64,000 nucleotides of DNA. It comes from Sulfurovum sp. Lineage in GTDB: Bacteria > Campylobacterota > Campylobacteria > Campylobacterales > Sulfurovaceae. A model generated the notes under the pieces. It was not told the origin of the DNA. It made no database searches and worked only from the letters and a program-made list of their open reading frames with translations. Below are positions 1-10,210 of this stretch, piece after piece. Every line of letters begins with the position of its first letter. Positions within the stretch are counted from its first letter, which is position 1. The position numbers and the translations under genes are program-made. The DNA lies in assembly GCF_041562805.1 (NCBI RefSeq), contig NZ_JBFFOH010000001.1, forward strand, positions 8,781 to 72,780, written 5' to 3'.

Positions 1-563
1 AATATAAAAAACTTTCTGCCAAAGGGGATCTCATCTTTACTAAAGATGGGATACGAGGTCCTGTGGTTTTGGATTTCTCCAGAGAGATCACCCCACTTTT
101 GAGTAAGTTTGATGAAGTACCTGTACTTGCTAATCTTACAAAAGGGTTGAACGAGGAAGAGATACGTGAACATTTTAAACAAGAGTTGGCAAATGATCCT
201 CACCGTAATACACTTCAACTGCTTCAAACTCTGCTTCCTGAGTCTGTAAGTATAGAACTTTGTCAACTTGCTGAAGCAGACCCTGCCTTAGCCTTGAGTA
301 AACAAGTGGGAGCAACCAGGGACAAACTTATCAAACTTCTTGTTTGGACACCGCTTACTATAAACGGACACGACGGCTTCAAAATGGCTATGATCACAAG
401 AGGAGGCATACATCTCAAGGAGATAGACCCCTACACGATGCAAAGTAAAAAAATAAATGGACTATACTTCTGTGGTGAAGTCATGAATATCGATGGTCCC
501 TGCGGTGGGTATAATTTACAATGGTCATTTGCCAGCGGCTATTTAGCAGGTAAATTGGGATGA
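1..563 (+). CDS. HI0933/BaiN-family NAD(P)/FAD-dependent flavoprotein, 5'-partial
   Basis: Frame is open from the window edge (..KGDLIFTKDGIRGPVVL). C-terminal motifs AMITRGGI, TMQSK and GLYFCGEVMNIDGPCGGYNLQWSFASG are typical of the family. Confidence 0.9.
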   Translation, partial: YKKLSAKGDLIFTKDGIRGPVVLDFSREITPLLSKFDEVPVLANLTKGLNEEEIREHFKQELANDPHRNTLQLLQTLLPESVSIELCQLAEADPALALSKQVGATRDKLIKLLVWTPLTINGHDGFKMAMITRGGIHLKEIDPYTMQSKKINGLYFCGEVMNIDGPCGGYNLQWSFASGYLAGKLG

Positions 564-665
564 TCGATACTTATATCTTTATCTTATAGTAATTATAAGT
601 ATGTTTGGTTATAATTTAATCCATATAGGAATACCTCTCTGGAAAATTTAATTATAGGAACAGTC

Positions 666-1148
666 ATGAAATTAAGAACAATAGCGACAATGGTATTTCT
701 GCCAATGTTTTGTACGGCACAAATATCGCAGATAGATTTAGCACCGGTTGTAGAGAAAGCAGTTAAAACGCAAAATGTAGTATTTGACTGTTCAAGCGCA
801 GATAAAAAGTATGTAGCTTCCAGACTAAGGCTTATAGATATGAGCATTAAAGAGTATGTTGCCAATGGAACTCCTTATAATGTTGTAGTAACTATTCACT
901 CTGGCTGTACAGACATTGTTTCAAAAAAGATTGCTGATGATGACAAAATGATGAAGAATGTATATAAAAAATTAGAGATAGTCTCAAAACATGAAAATGT
1001 TTCTATAGAAGCCTGTCAGATAGCTGTAGACAGATTTGGCATAGAGCATAATGAACTGCATCCTTTCATTTCACTGGTACCAAACTCCATTACCAGGGTG
1101 ATATCTCTTCAGAATGACGGTTATGCTTTTATACCGTTTAGTAAATAG
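666..1148 (+). CDS. Exported DsrE/DsrF-family protein
   Basis: Signal peptide; VVFD, VVVTIHSGC, IEACQIA and VPNSITRVISLQNDGYAFI match the DsrE-like pattern. Confidence 0.75.
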   Translation: MKLRTIATMVFLPMFCTAQISQIDLAPVVEKAVKTQNVVFDCSSADKKYVASRLRLIDMSIKEYVANGTPYNVVVTIHSGCTDIVSKKIADDDKMMKNVYKKLEIVSKHENVSIEACQIAVDRFGIEHNELHPFISLVPNSITRVISLQNDGYAFIPFSK

Positions 1149-1277
1149 TAGTATTGTTTTTTCTCATTTCCATTCGATAGATGGATGTGCGAGAAAATGA
1201 TAGTTTAAACATCTTCCTCAAATCTCCTCTGAAGCCTAAACTCTTTAAAATGTATGTAAATTATAAGAGGATACTTT

Positions 1278-2516
1278 ATGCCATTTACTGATCTCCAACT
1301 TTCATCTCCTATTATTCAGGCACTTCAAGATAATAACTATATAGAACCTACACCCATACAAGAGAAGGTTATCCCTCTTGTCATTGACCAGCATGATGTG
1401 ATGGCAAGGGCTCAGACGGGAAGCGGGAAAAGTGCAAGTTTTGTTTTGCCTGTTTTGGAGCTTTGGTCTAAGAATGTAAGTGAAGGAAAGTCAAAGATAA
1501 AAGTTTTAGTGTTAACCCCTACCCGTGAGCTTACACTTCAGGTGGCGGAGTATTTTTCTACTTTTGGGGTACATTTACCTAGAAAACCCAAGGTGGTTTC
1601 TATTATAGGTGGGGAAAGTATAGGTGATCAACTTTTTGCCATACAGAAAGGGTGTGACATTCTTGTGGCAACCTCCGGAAGATTTTTGGATGTACTACGT
1701 AAAAAACAGATGAATCTCTCACATCTTGAGTTTTTAGTACTTGATGAAGCAGACAAGATGTTGAATCTTGGCTTTTCTGAAGAGCTGGATCTCATTTTGG
1801 AAGCCATACCTACACAGCGTCAAAACCTTTTGTTTTCAGCAACCTACCCTCAAAAGATGCTTGATATCGCTTCAAAGATCACACAAAATCCTGTTGAAGT
1901 AAGTTTTGAAGATGAATCCCCTACTGTAGAGAAGATAGTCCAAAGGGTCATAGAAGTAAATCCCGAAAACCGTGGACCGGTACTCAGACTGCTTATGAAG
2001 CAGGAAAAATGGAAATCAGTGCTTGTTTTCATGACAAACAAAAGAGCTACAGATAACATTGCTGAGAAGTTTAAAAAACGCGGGTACTTAGCAGAGTCTT
2101 TTCACGGTGACTTGACGCAGGAAGACCGTAACTATACGTTAGAACAGTTCAAGGCCAAGAAGATACAAATCTTGTTTGCCACCGATCTAGTTTCAAGAGG
2201 ATTAGACATTGATGACATCAGTTGTGTTATAAACTATGATCTTCCGCGTTCTCCTGCTGACTATATACATCGTATAGGTAGAACAGGAAGAGCTGGGAAG
2301 GATGGATTGGCAGTGACATTCATAGGGCATGAAGAGAAAGAGCATTTTAAATTGATTGAGAAGCGTAGCAATATCAAGCTTGAAAGAGAGCAGATAAAAG
2401 GATTTGAACTTAAAGGGGAAGCACCTATCAAAGAGAAAGGCAAAGCCCCTGTCAAAGGCAAAAGAAAAAGTAAAAAAGACAAGTTAAGAGAACAGGCACT
2501 CAAAGATACAAAATAA
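1278..2516 (+). CDS. DEAD-box ATP-dependent RNA helicase (RhlE-like)
   Basis: Q motif PTPIQ, AQTGSGKS, PTREL, LDEAD, SAT, HRIGRTGRAG, and a basic tail. Confidence 0.95.
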   Translation: MPFTDLQLSSPIIQALQDNNYIEPTPIQEKVIPLVIDQHDVMARAQTGSGKSASFVLPVLELWSKNVSEGKSKIKVLVLTPTRELTLQVAEYFSTFGVHLPRKPKVVSIIGGESIGDQLFAIQKGCDILVATSGRFLDVLRKKQMNLSHLEFLVLDEADKMLNLGFSEELDLILEAIPTQRQNLLFSATYPQKMLDIASKITQNPVEVSFEDESPTVEKIVQRVIEVNPENRGPVLRLLMKQEKWKSVLVFMTNKRATDNIAEKFKKRGYLAESFHGDLTQEDRNYTLEQFKAKKIQILFATDLVSRGLDIDDISCVINYDLPRSPADYIHRIGRTGRAGKDGLAVTFIGHEEKEHFKLIEKRSNIKLEREQIKGFELKGEAPIKEKGKAPVKGKRKSKKDKLREQALKDTK

Positions 2517-2541
2517 AGAATAAGTTAATATGCTATGATCT

Positions 2542-3500
2542 CTAGCGTACAGAAAAGTTCTGTAACGCTTTTAACTTTTCCTCATACATCGCACTCTTAG
2601 CTGTGTCACATATCTTTTTAGTGTAATAGACCAATCCTGAAACAATTTGCATATCTCCTGTATGTTTTGCATAGCTCTCTTCAAGAACCTTTATGGCCTC
2701 TTTAGGGTTTTCTTCTCCTATAGATACAGCATAGACATAGCTGAAAAGTGGATTATCTTTATCTAGCTCTACAGATTTTTTAAGTTCTGGGATGGCTTTT
2801 TCTGTCTCTTTATTACGCACATACAATAATCCTAATGCGTGATGAAAAATGGCTATATTAGGCACATTGTCTAAACCTTTTTGTAAGATCTCAAATGCTT
2901 TTTTGTTTTCCCCTTGTTGGACTAGAAAATTACTGTAATTGATGTAAGCTGGAACAAACTGTGGTTGAAGACGCATCGCTTCTACATATGCTTTATCTGC
3001 CTTTTCAGGCATTTTGAGATTGACATAGAACATTGCTAATGATAACTGTGTTTCAGGACGTTCTGCAGTAAATAAAAGTACTTTCTCATATTCATCAAAT
3101 GCTTTTTTAACTACCTTCTTCTTTTCTGCGTCTAATTGTCCTAAAGGGAAAGCAGACAGTTGTCGTGCTGCTTCCATTCTAACTGTTTATACAGGATCAG
3201 ACAGCATCTCAAAAGTCTTTGATAATGTCCCATGTTGTATGGTAACTTTTCGTCTCCACATCATAATTCTTTTTTAGGTTGGTACTGTGACAGTCTGCAC
3301 ACATGTAGTTCCAGTTAAAGTTTTGTCCTGTCCAGTACATCCCCAGCTGTAACGTTATCATCTACATGAATGTGGAACCAGCGTTGTCCACCCTCATCTT
3401 TACTGCGGCTATCCCAAGCGATGTCCATGACCTGTATATTTCCTTTTGGAAATTTGATCATATACTGCTGAAGAGGATAGATGCCAAAGGTATCACTTTT
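2542..3500 (-). pseudogene. Decayed multiheme cytochrome c / HEAT / TPR protein
   Basis: TPR ORF at 2542-3177. Upstream minus-strand fragments read TFGIYPLQQYMIKFP..WDSRSKDEGGQRWFH, then after a frameshift WTGQNFNWNYMCADCHSTNLKKNY, then LSDPV*TVRMEAA with an in-frame stop. Most heme motifs are deleted. Confidence 0.8.
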
Positions 3501-3644
3501 ATGGAATTAATAGATTCTATTTTATCAAATAGATGATGTTAGTCAGCACAATTTTTATTTATAAATAAGAATTTGCCGAAAATCGATACTGAGAAGTACA
3601 GATAAATTCATAATATAGGGTAAAGATCCTGCTGTTTCCATCAA

Positions 3645-4658
3645 CTAAAAATCATTTAAGTCAATGCTGGATTTTGCATAGTTTGAAACATTGCTTTCAA
3701 AGAAATTACTTTTTACTTCATTCATTTCAAGATGTTTTGTGACAAGCTTTTGCAAGTAAGTTGTATTGCTTTGTTCAAAGATGGGGGTAAGTCCTATTTT
3801 TTGAAGCCTGTCATTAGCATAGTTATAAACAGTTTGTTCCATAAGTTCAGGAGTGATTCCCATAATAGGAAATTGTGCTAAGAGATATTGTCCATACTCT
3901 AACTCTATTTTAACGGCATCTTCTATCATAGTGTAGGCAGCATCTATGGTACTGGTTTGAATCTTGTTTTCTTTTTGGATGGTTTTGAAAATGTTCGCAA
4001 AAAGAGGCAGATGGGTATTGAGTTCATCTCTAGCGATGAACTTGATCATGTCTCTAGCACCTGGTACTTTATCTCCAAGCAGATAAATGTAAGAAAAACC
4101 TAAAAGAAAGTAGATGCCTTCTAAGTTAACACTTGCCATGGCAGAGAGTAACATCTTGTCTACTGAACCACCTTCTATATATTGGGCGAATTGTTCTGCT
4201 ACTTGTTGATTTTTTCGGTTAAGGGCATCATCATATTTGTAGAGGTTAAAGACTTCATCGGAGTTACCACAGGCATCAAGTAAAACGGCATAACTCTTAG
4301 AGTGGTTCACCTCCTGCATAATTTGAAGAGAGAGTACAGACTTGACTAGACGGTTGTTTGCTAAACGTCTAAAGTCACTAAGGTACTCTTCTTGGGCAGA
4401 GTCATTGAAACTTAACTGTGCGAAGGTCATTTTATAGATGGATTTTTCATTATCGGTGAGTTTATCAAAGTTTTTTTTCTCAGAGCTAGTATTGACTTCC
4501 GAAGGAAACCAGGTATTGGCATTCATAAGGTCATAGATGTTAGTGTCCCATCTGTATTTGGAGCGGTTGAAGTCTACAAATCCGGTGGGTGAACCACCAA
4601 ATATTTTTTCATCAAGTATCTCTTCTCCGTTGGGATTATAGTAGTGATTTACATTCAT
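3645..4658 (-). CDS. nrdB: Ribonucleoside-diphosphate reductase class I beta subunit (R2)
   Basis: W-x-P-x-E, FNDS, QEVNHSKSY (radical Tyr), LEGIYF, RDE..H and C-terminal NFFE..SNY. Confidence 0.9.
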   Translation of the reverse strand: MNVNHYYNPNGEEILDEKIFGGSPTGFVDFNRSKYRWDTNIYDLMNANTWFPSEVNTSSEKKNFDKLTDNEKSIYKMTFAQLSFNDSAQEEYLSDFRRLANNRLVKSVLSLQIMQEVNHSKSYAVLLDACGNSDEVFNLYKYDDALNRKNQQVAEQFAQYIEGGSVDKMLLSAMASVNLEGIYFLLGFSYIYLLGDKVPGARDMIKFIARDELNTHLPLFANIFKTIQKENKIQTSTIDAAYTMIEDAVKIELEYGQYLLAQFPIMGITPELMEQTVYNYANDRLQKIGLTPIFEQSNTTYLQKLVTKHLEMNEVKSNFFESNVSNYAKSSIDLNDF

Positions 4659-4797
4659 GATATACTCTCCTAGATAAGGTAGAATATTATATCTTTTTAC
4701 TTATACTAATGACTTGAGATGTATCAACTAAAGCTGAAAGTTAAAATGCAATTTTTTAAGGTTTTTATTTTCAATGCATCAGCTTATGTAATTTACC

Positions 4798-5181
4798 TTA
4801 CTTCCCTCTATCCTCAAATTTTTGCATCTCTTTATCATATTCTTTTTTGAGACGTTCTTGTAAATTTGCTTGCGCTGCTTCTTTTAGCCGAGCGTTCTCT
4901 TTTAGCAATGCTTCGATCTTTACATCTTTTTCTTTGATAATCTCAATATATTCATGACAATCTGATTCTACTATGGTCTCATAATAAGTGTGATGATGAA
5001 CACCATACAAATTATTAGGCCTTACGATCGGTTTGGGTCTTATTGGCTTTTCTGTCTCTATTGGTGGTTTAACAATTGGTCTTTGATCTAGAGATGGGAT
5101 CAATTTGATACCTGCATCGTATGCATTAAGACTAACATTAATTCCTACGAGTAATATGGCTATTAATAATATTTTCTTCAT
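4798..5181 (-). CDS. Hypothetical exported protein (Pro-rich linker, coiled-coil C-terminus)
   Basis: SD AAGGGA, signal peptide MKKILLIAILL, 127 aa. Confidence 0.7.
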   Translation of the reverse strand: MKKILLIAILLVGINVSLNAYDAGIKLIPSLDQRPIVKPPIETEKPIRPKPIVRPNNLYGVHHHTYYETIVESDCHEYIEIIKEKDVKIEALLKENARLKEAAQANLQERLKKEYDKEMQKFEDRGK

Positions 5182-5217
5182 TTTCCCTTCTTTATGTTTT
5201 AAGATCTGTTCATACAG

Positions 5218-5810
5218 CTATAGAGGGTTTATATTTTTTGGTAAACCTTGTTATTATCCTCCTGCGCTTTCAACAGTGTTTTTCTTAACTGTTTAAGTTC
5301 ACTTATAAAAGCTATTGTATCAAATGTTTTTTGTTGGCTTGACAATAGCGTTTCTAATTCACGCAGTGATTTTAAAAATGATGGTTGGACTTCCTCTATA
5401 CCCCGAAATCCAAGTCTTGATAATTTGGGGGAAGAAACTTGAAGCCAGAAGTAGAAGTTATCATAAAGTGTATTTACATCACCCTCCTCACATGCATCAA
5501 GCAGACTTTTAAAACGTCCCTCTTCACTCTGTATATAAGCAAGTTCTTGCTTCTCTCTCCATCTTTTGATATATGGGTATATTATATAGAGTGCAATGTG
5601 AAGTATAAACGCAAAAAGTATAACAAATCCCCAAGGTTTATCATTTTTTACTTCATTTGAAAGTGTGTAAGAGTCAGCAGATCTGGGATTGTGTAGAGCC
5701 TGAGTCTTTTCTCTATGTAAGGTCTCACCTAACCAAATAAATGTTTGAGAAGGGATACTTGCATTTCCCTCTTTTATAGCCACAAATGTAAAAGAGTCTG
5801 TAGGTGTAGC
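5218..5810 (-). pseudogene. BatD-family C-terminal remnant
   Basis: TDSFTFVAIKEGNASIPSQTFIW, then a TM helix, SEEGRFKSL and LY..FY.WL. The family-type ending QGLPKNINPL* lies in a shifted frame (stop 5218-5220). There is no N-terminus. Confidence 0.65.
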
Positions 5811-5834
5811 GATCGAGAGTAATAACTTTTTATA

Positions 5835-6101
5835 TCAATCCACCATTTTCGCATTCAAAAAACCAGGATAATCTTGAACATTTAGCTGATCCATATTCGC
5901 TGGATGCGCAATGATTTTTCGAATATTGATGATAGGTATAAGTACAATCTGCACACCTTCTATGACAAGCTTTAGCATATCATCTTCTATAATCTCTTTA
6001 TATCGTTTCATTCCCGTCATGGCACTTGGTACATTTGTCGGTTCGATGATGTTGTACTGTTCTTGCTGACCGTCTGTATAGACAATGGTGAGTTTAGTCA
6101 T
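5835..6101 (-). CDS. Hypothetical protein (88 aa)
   Basis: Good SD (AAAGGA) 6 nt before the ATG; protein-like composition. Confidence 0.7.
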   Translation of the reverse strand: MTKLTIVYTDGQQEQYNIIEPTNVPSAMTGMKRYKEIIEDDMLKLVIEGVQIVLIPIINIRKIIAHPANMDQLNVQDYPGFLNAKMVD

Positions 6102-6262
6102 GTAAAATCCTTTTTAAAATTTGAGTTTAATTTTCTACCGGATATTTCAATGATACTATTTTTTAGCTTTAGTTAGAAAAGTATGTTAGTGGTACTTATC
6201 TTGCAGATACTTCTGTTATAATATTTTTTTTACTACATCACATATTTTGACAAGGATATATT

Positions 6263-7342
6263 ATGGATAAGATGACACAAAGAGAAGAAAAAGTAAATCT
6301 TGCAATAGAGATCGCTATTAAAGTGGGTCTTTTGGCTCTAGTTATCTATATTTCCTATTTGATTGCTAAACCTTTTATGGCGATAGTGGTTTGGGGTATT
6401 ATTATTGCTGTAGCACTCTCTCCCGTGATTGACGGTTTGGAAAAACGTTTTGCACATCGTAAGAAGATCATTATAGGGCTTACTGTAGTCATTATCGCTG
6501 TATTGTTGATACCGACGTATATGCTTTCAGAAAAGACGATCGAGTCTTCTCAAACACTTGTCCATGCATTGAAAGATGGGAATGTAACGATTCCTCCACC
6601 AACTGAAAAAGTAAAAGAGTGGCCACTTATAGGTGAAAAGGCATATACATTCTGGGATTCAGCATCAAAGAATTTGAAAGAAACATTAGCACCTTTCAAT
6701 GAAAGAATTAAAAAGCTGGCTGAATCTGTTTTCACTTCAATGATGAGTGGTCTTAGTACGATTTTGATGTTTGTCGGTTCTATGATCATCGCAGCAGTAT
6801 TTCTTATAGGCAGTGAAGGGGCTACAAAGTTTTATACTGATCTTTTACGTCGTTTAGTGGGAGATAAAGGTCCAGAATGGGCAAATCTATCTACACTGAC
6901 TGTACGTAGTGTTGTTACAGGGGTACTCGGTGTGGCATTGATACAAGCGGCATTTGCTTTGATCGGTTTAATGCTGATGGATGTGCCTTTGGCTATGGTT
7001 TGGGCAGTAGGTATTATGTTCTTGACAATCATTCAGCTACCTGCCCTGATTATTATTGGTCCTATTGTTGCTTATGTCTTTTCTCAAGGAACTGGTACAG
7101 CAGAAGTGGTTTTTACCGTTTATATGCTCATAGTAGGAGCCAGTGATGGTGTGTTGAAACCGATGCTGATGGGTAGAGGTGTAGATATACCTATGCTTGT
7201 CATTCTTATAGGTGCGATCGGCGGTATGATACTGATGGGGATGATAGGACTCTTTATAGGGGCTGTTATCTTTGCTTTAGCGTACAAACTTTTTGGGCTC
7301 TGGATGGATGGGGTACAAGACGCACCAGATAATGCAAAATAA
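6263..7342 (+). CDS. AI-2E family transporter
   Basis: About 8 TM helices; D.VLKP.LMGRG.D.P..VILIGAIGG....G.IGLFIG motif. Confidence 0.9.
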   Translation: MDKMTQREEKVNLAIEIAIKVGLLALVIYISYLIAKPFMAIVVWGIIIAVALSPVIDGLEKRFAHRKKIIIGLTVVIIAVLLIPTYMLSEKTIESSQTLVHALKDGNVTIPPPTEKVKEWPLIGEKAYTFWDSASKNLKETLAPFNERIKKLAESVFTSMMSGLSTILMFVGSMIIAAVFLIGSEGATKFYTDLLRRLVGDKGPEWANLSTLTVRSVVTGVLGVALIQAAFALIGLMLMDVPLAMVWAVGIMFLTIIQLPALIIIGPIVAYVFSQGTGTAEVVFTVYMLIVGASDGVLKPMLMGRGVDIPMLVILIGAIGGMILMGMIGLFIGAVIFALAYKLFGLWMDGVQDAPDNAK

Positions 7343-7369
7343 AATTTAGTATAGTATTGGTGCCCTTGT

Positions 7370-8041
7370 ATGAAAAAAATTACTTATGAGAATAATTTTA
7401 TCTATCTTTGTATTTCTTTAATAGCTTTACTCTTTTCTGCTGCTTTGATCCACGAGTTTCCTGGAACTTGGGGAGAGGAGTTTTTTTCTATAGTGACTAT
7501 ACTCATGTTTATAGTAAGTATTAAAAGTTTAAATACTGAGATGAAATGGAAAAAATTAGTATATATTTTAATTGCACTACTTGTACTTATCACTGTGCTT
7601 AGTAAGATATTTGTATTGAAATATATAGTCTATCTCAATCTCTTTATACTTTTATTCTTTTTTATCGGATCATTTGAATCTGCATATAAACAGATACTTT
7701 TTGTAGGAAAAAAAATAGATAGAAATAAAATCATAGGTTCACTTTCTCTTTATATCCTCTTAGGATTGATTTGGACAGTTGTCTATCTTCTTCTTTTAGT
7801 GATGGATCCAAATGCATTTAGTGGGATAGAACCTGGTACCTGGCATCAGACTTTTTCAAGAGCAGCTTACTATAGTTTTGTGACTTTGACTACGCTCGGG
7901 TATGGTGATATCTTACCAACAAAACCTATTGCTGAGTTTTTTGTTTATATGGAAGCCATTATTGGTGTGTTCTATATGGCGATCATCGTGTCCAGTCTTG
8001 TGAGTGTCGCACTTTCCAATTATGTTAAAAAAGATAACTAG
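7370..8041 (+). CDS. Potassium channel family protein (Ion_trans_2)
   Basis: YYSFVTLTTLGYGDI selectivity-filter motif. Confidence 0.9.
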   Translation: MKKITYENNFIYLCISLIALLFSAALIHEFPGTWGEEFFSIVTILMFIVSIKSLNTEMKWKKLVYILIALLVLITVLSKIFVLKYIVYLNLFILLFFFIGSFESAYKQILFVGKKIDRNKIIGSLSLYILLGLIWTVVYLLLLVMDPNAFSGIEPGTWHQTFSRAAYYSFVTLTTLGYGDILPTKPIAEFFVYMEAIIGVFYMAIIVSSLVSVALSNYVKKDN

Positions 8042-10210
8042 TTGCAGACAGTTATAGAAAAGAAATGTACATTATGGGAATCCTTCTCAGGTATACTTCT
8101 TTTTTCACTCTCAGATAAACTAAAGTTCTCCATAAAAGCTTCTTTAAGTATGGCTTTGGCATATCTGATCCCTCTTTCTCAAGGATGGTCACAAGCATCT
8201 ACTGCGGCTATTACAGTGATGCTAATCGCTGCGATGGGTTCAGTGAGTGAGTCAGTACTTAAAGGTGCAATGCGTGCACTTGGTACGATAATTGGAGCGA
8301 TTATAGGTATGACACTCATCGCATATTTCCCACAAGATAGAATGTTATTTCTTATTAGCTTGTCTATTATCGTTGCAATTCCTCTTTATTTGGTACGTGC
8401 TTATAAAGGTGATCCTAGTATTTTTATGCTGACTGCTATGACTATGATGATGGTGTTTAAAAATGGTGAAGTCGATGATGTTTTTATCTATGGATTAGAC
8501 AAAACCTATATGACGATTTTTGGTATTATGGTTTATATGGTAGTGGGTGTATTCCTTTGGCCTATAAACGTTGAAGATACAACATCAGACAATGCACTTA
8601 AACTTTCTGAAGTACAGTTGCAACTCTTTTTGGATAGAAATGCTTCTAAAGAAGAACGAGAAAAATCTTTAGCTTTGCTCTTCGAAAATGAATCTTCATT
8701 GGAGCAGTCCACTATGGATACAGGCACGGCTTCTATAGATATGAAACAGTGGCATAGTATGATATACAATTATAAAAATATAAATGGATATCTTACCCTA
8801 CTCTCTATGCATGATAGAGAAGAGTATACAGACAGCTTGGAAACATATATTCCTAATTATAAAATTTTAGAGAATGAGATCTCTTTACTGTTTAAAGGGA
8901 TCTCACTTGCATGGGGAGATCAACAGGAGATCACTATTCCTGAAGAGATAAAACCTGAATATCAGACAGAGATGATTAAAGATTTATCTCATCTAGATAG
9001 AGCATCTCTTATTACGACTATTCAAGATATGCAAAAACTTCATGAAGAGTTACGGACATTGGCAAGAAAGTTAAATCGTATACATAGTCCTCTTCCTACC
9101 TTTTTTGATAGTGAAGTAATACCTGAAAATAGACGTTTTCTTTGGGGTGATATAGAACACTTGAAAGGTGCTTTAGTAACGTTCATCATTTTTTGGGCAG
9201 CAACTTTTTTTTGGATACAGATAAACCCTCCGGGAGGATTTATGATTGTAGCCTTAGCTACAGGGCTTAGCGTATTAACTACCTTTACTCCTATCAAGCC
9301 CTCCATGCTTATAGTGGTGTTTACTTTTTCTTTTATATTTGCCACCTTTATGTATATAGTTGTCTTACCTAACTTACACTATGGATGGGAGTTGGGACTC
9401 TTTATTTTTGTATATAGTTTTATCTCTTTCCATCTTATCAATCCTAAAATGACTATCTTCTTTTTGTTGGGTTTATTTACCTTAGGTATTGCCAATACAA
9501 TGTACTATGATTTTGGCATATTTCTTTTGGTCCTATTGACGTTTTACCTTTTTCTTATGCTTCTTCATATTTTTTACTATATACCGTTTTCAACGAGACC
9601 GGAGCATCTATTTATTGAGATGAAAAATCGTTTTTTTAGATGTACTCAAATGATGCTGGAAAGAGGACGAAAGGGACAAGAAGGCCAAGAGTCCTGGCTT
9701 GTTAACCTGTTTGCAAAGTACAGTGAAATACATCTTATGAGTACGGTAAAAAAAATGCAACTTTGGGCTAATGATGTGGATACAACATATTTTGACACTA
9801 TTGATAAAGAAAAGCTTTTGGCATTTACAAAAGAGGCTGAAAAATTTGCTTATTTAGTTGAGCTATTGTATCATAGAGACTTAATGAGGAAAAACAATCC
9901 TTTGATACAAATATTGATAAAAAATTATACACTACCCTACTTATCTGATCTATTGGGTGAATATGCCAAAGGAAAAGAGCTCAAAGATGTTGATACCTTT
10001 TGGAAAGATAAACAACAGATAGTACATGTTGTTGAAGAGAGTTTGTCCAAAGTATTAGAAAATATTGATTTTGAATTATATAGTCGAAAAGATATTGCAG
10101 AGCTATATGAAAATATCTCTTTACGCAAAAATGTATGGTTATCACTTTTTCATTCTCAAGAGTTGATGGAAGAACTTAATCTTAGTGTACTCAAACAAAG
10201 TAGGTTTTAA
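8042..10210 (+). CDS. FUSC-family inner-membrane efflux protein
   Basis: Two TM bundles with KG..R..GT..GA and FWIQINPPGG; lies in an operon with OMF, DUF1656 and HlyD. Confidence 0.85.
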   Translation: MQTVIEKKCTLWESFSGILLFSLSDKLKFSIKASLSMALAYLIPLSQGWSQASTAAITVMLIAAMGSVSESVLKGAMRALGTIIGAIIGMTLIAYFPQDRMLFLISLSIIVAIPLYLVRAYKGDPSIFMLTAMTMMMVFKNGEVDDVFIYGLDKTYMTIFGIMVYMVVGVFLWPINVEDTTSDNALKLSEVQLQLFLDRNASKEEREKSLALLFENESSLEQSTMDTGTASIDMKQWHSMIYNYKNINGYLTLLSMHDREEYTDSLETYIPNYKILENEISLLFKGISLAWGDQQEITIPEEIKPEYQTEMIKDLSHLDRASLITTIQDMQKLHEELRTLARKLNRIHSPLPTFFDSEVIPENRRFLWGDIEHLKGALVTFIIFWAATFFWIQINPPGGFMIVALATGLSVLTTFTPIKPSMLIVVFTFSFIFATFMYIVVLPNLHYGWELGLFIFVYSFISFHLINPKMTIFFLLGLFTLGIANTMYYDFGIFLLVLLTFYLFLMLLHIFYYIPFSTRPEHLFIEMKNRFFRCTQMMLERGRKGQEGQESWLVNLFAKYSEIHLMSTVKKMQLWANDVDTTYFDTIDKEKLLAFTKEAEKFAYLVELLYHRDLMRKNNPLIQILIKNYTLPYLSDLLGEYAKGKELKDVDTFWKDKQQIVHVVEESLSKVLENIDFELYSRKDIAELYENISLRKNVWLSLFHSQELMEELNLSVLKQSRF

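Noticed and set aside
3186-3192. In-frame stop inside the cytochrome/TPR remnant as possible recoding
   Set aside because: The stop is TAA and comes with a frameshift and a deletion, so decay is the simpler explanation than selenocysteine or readthrough.
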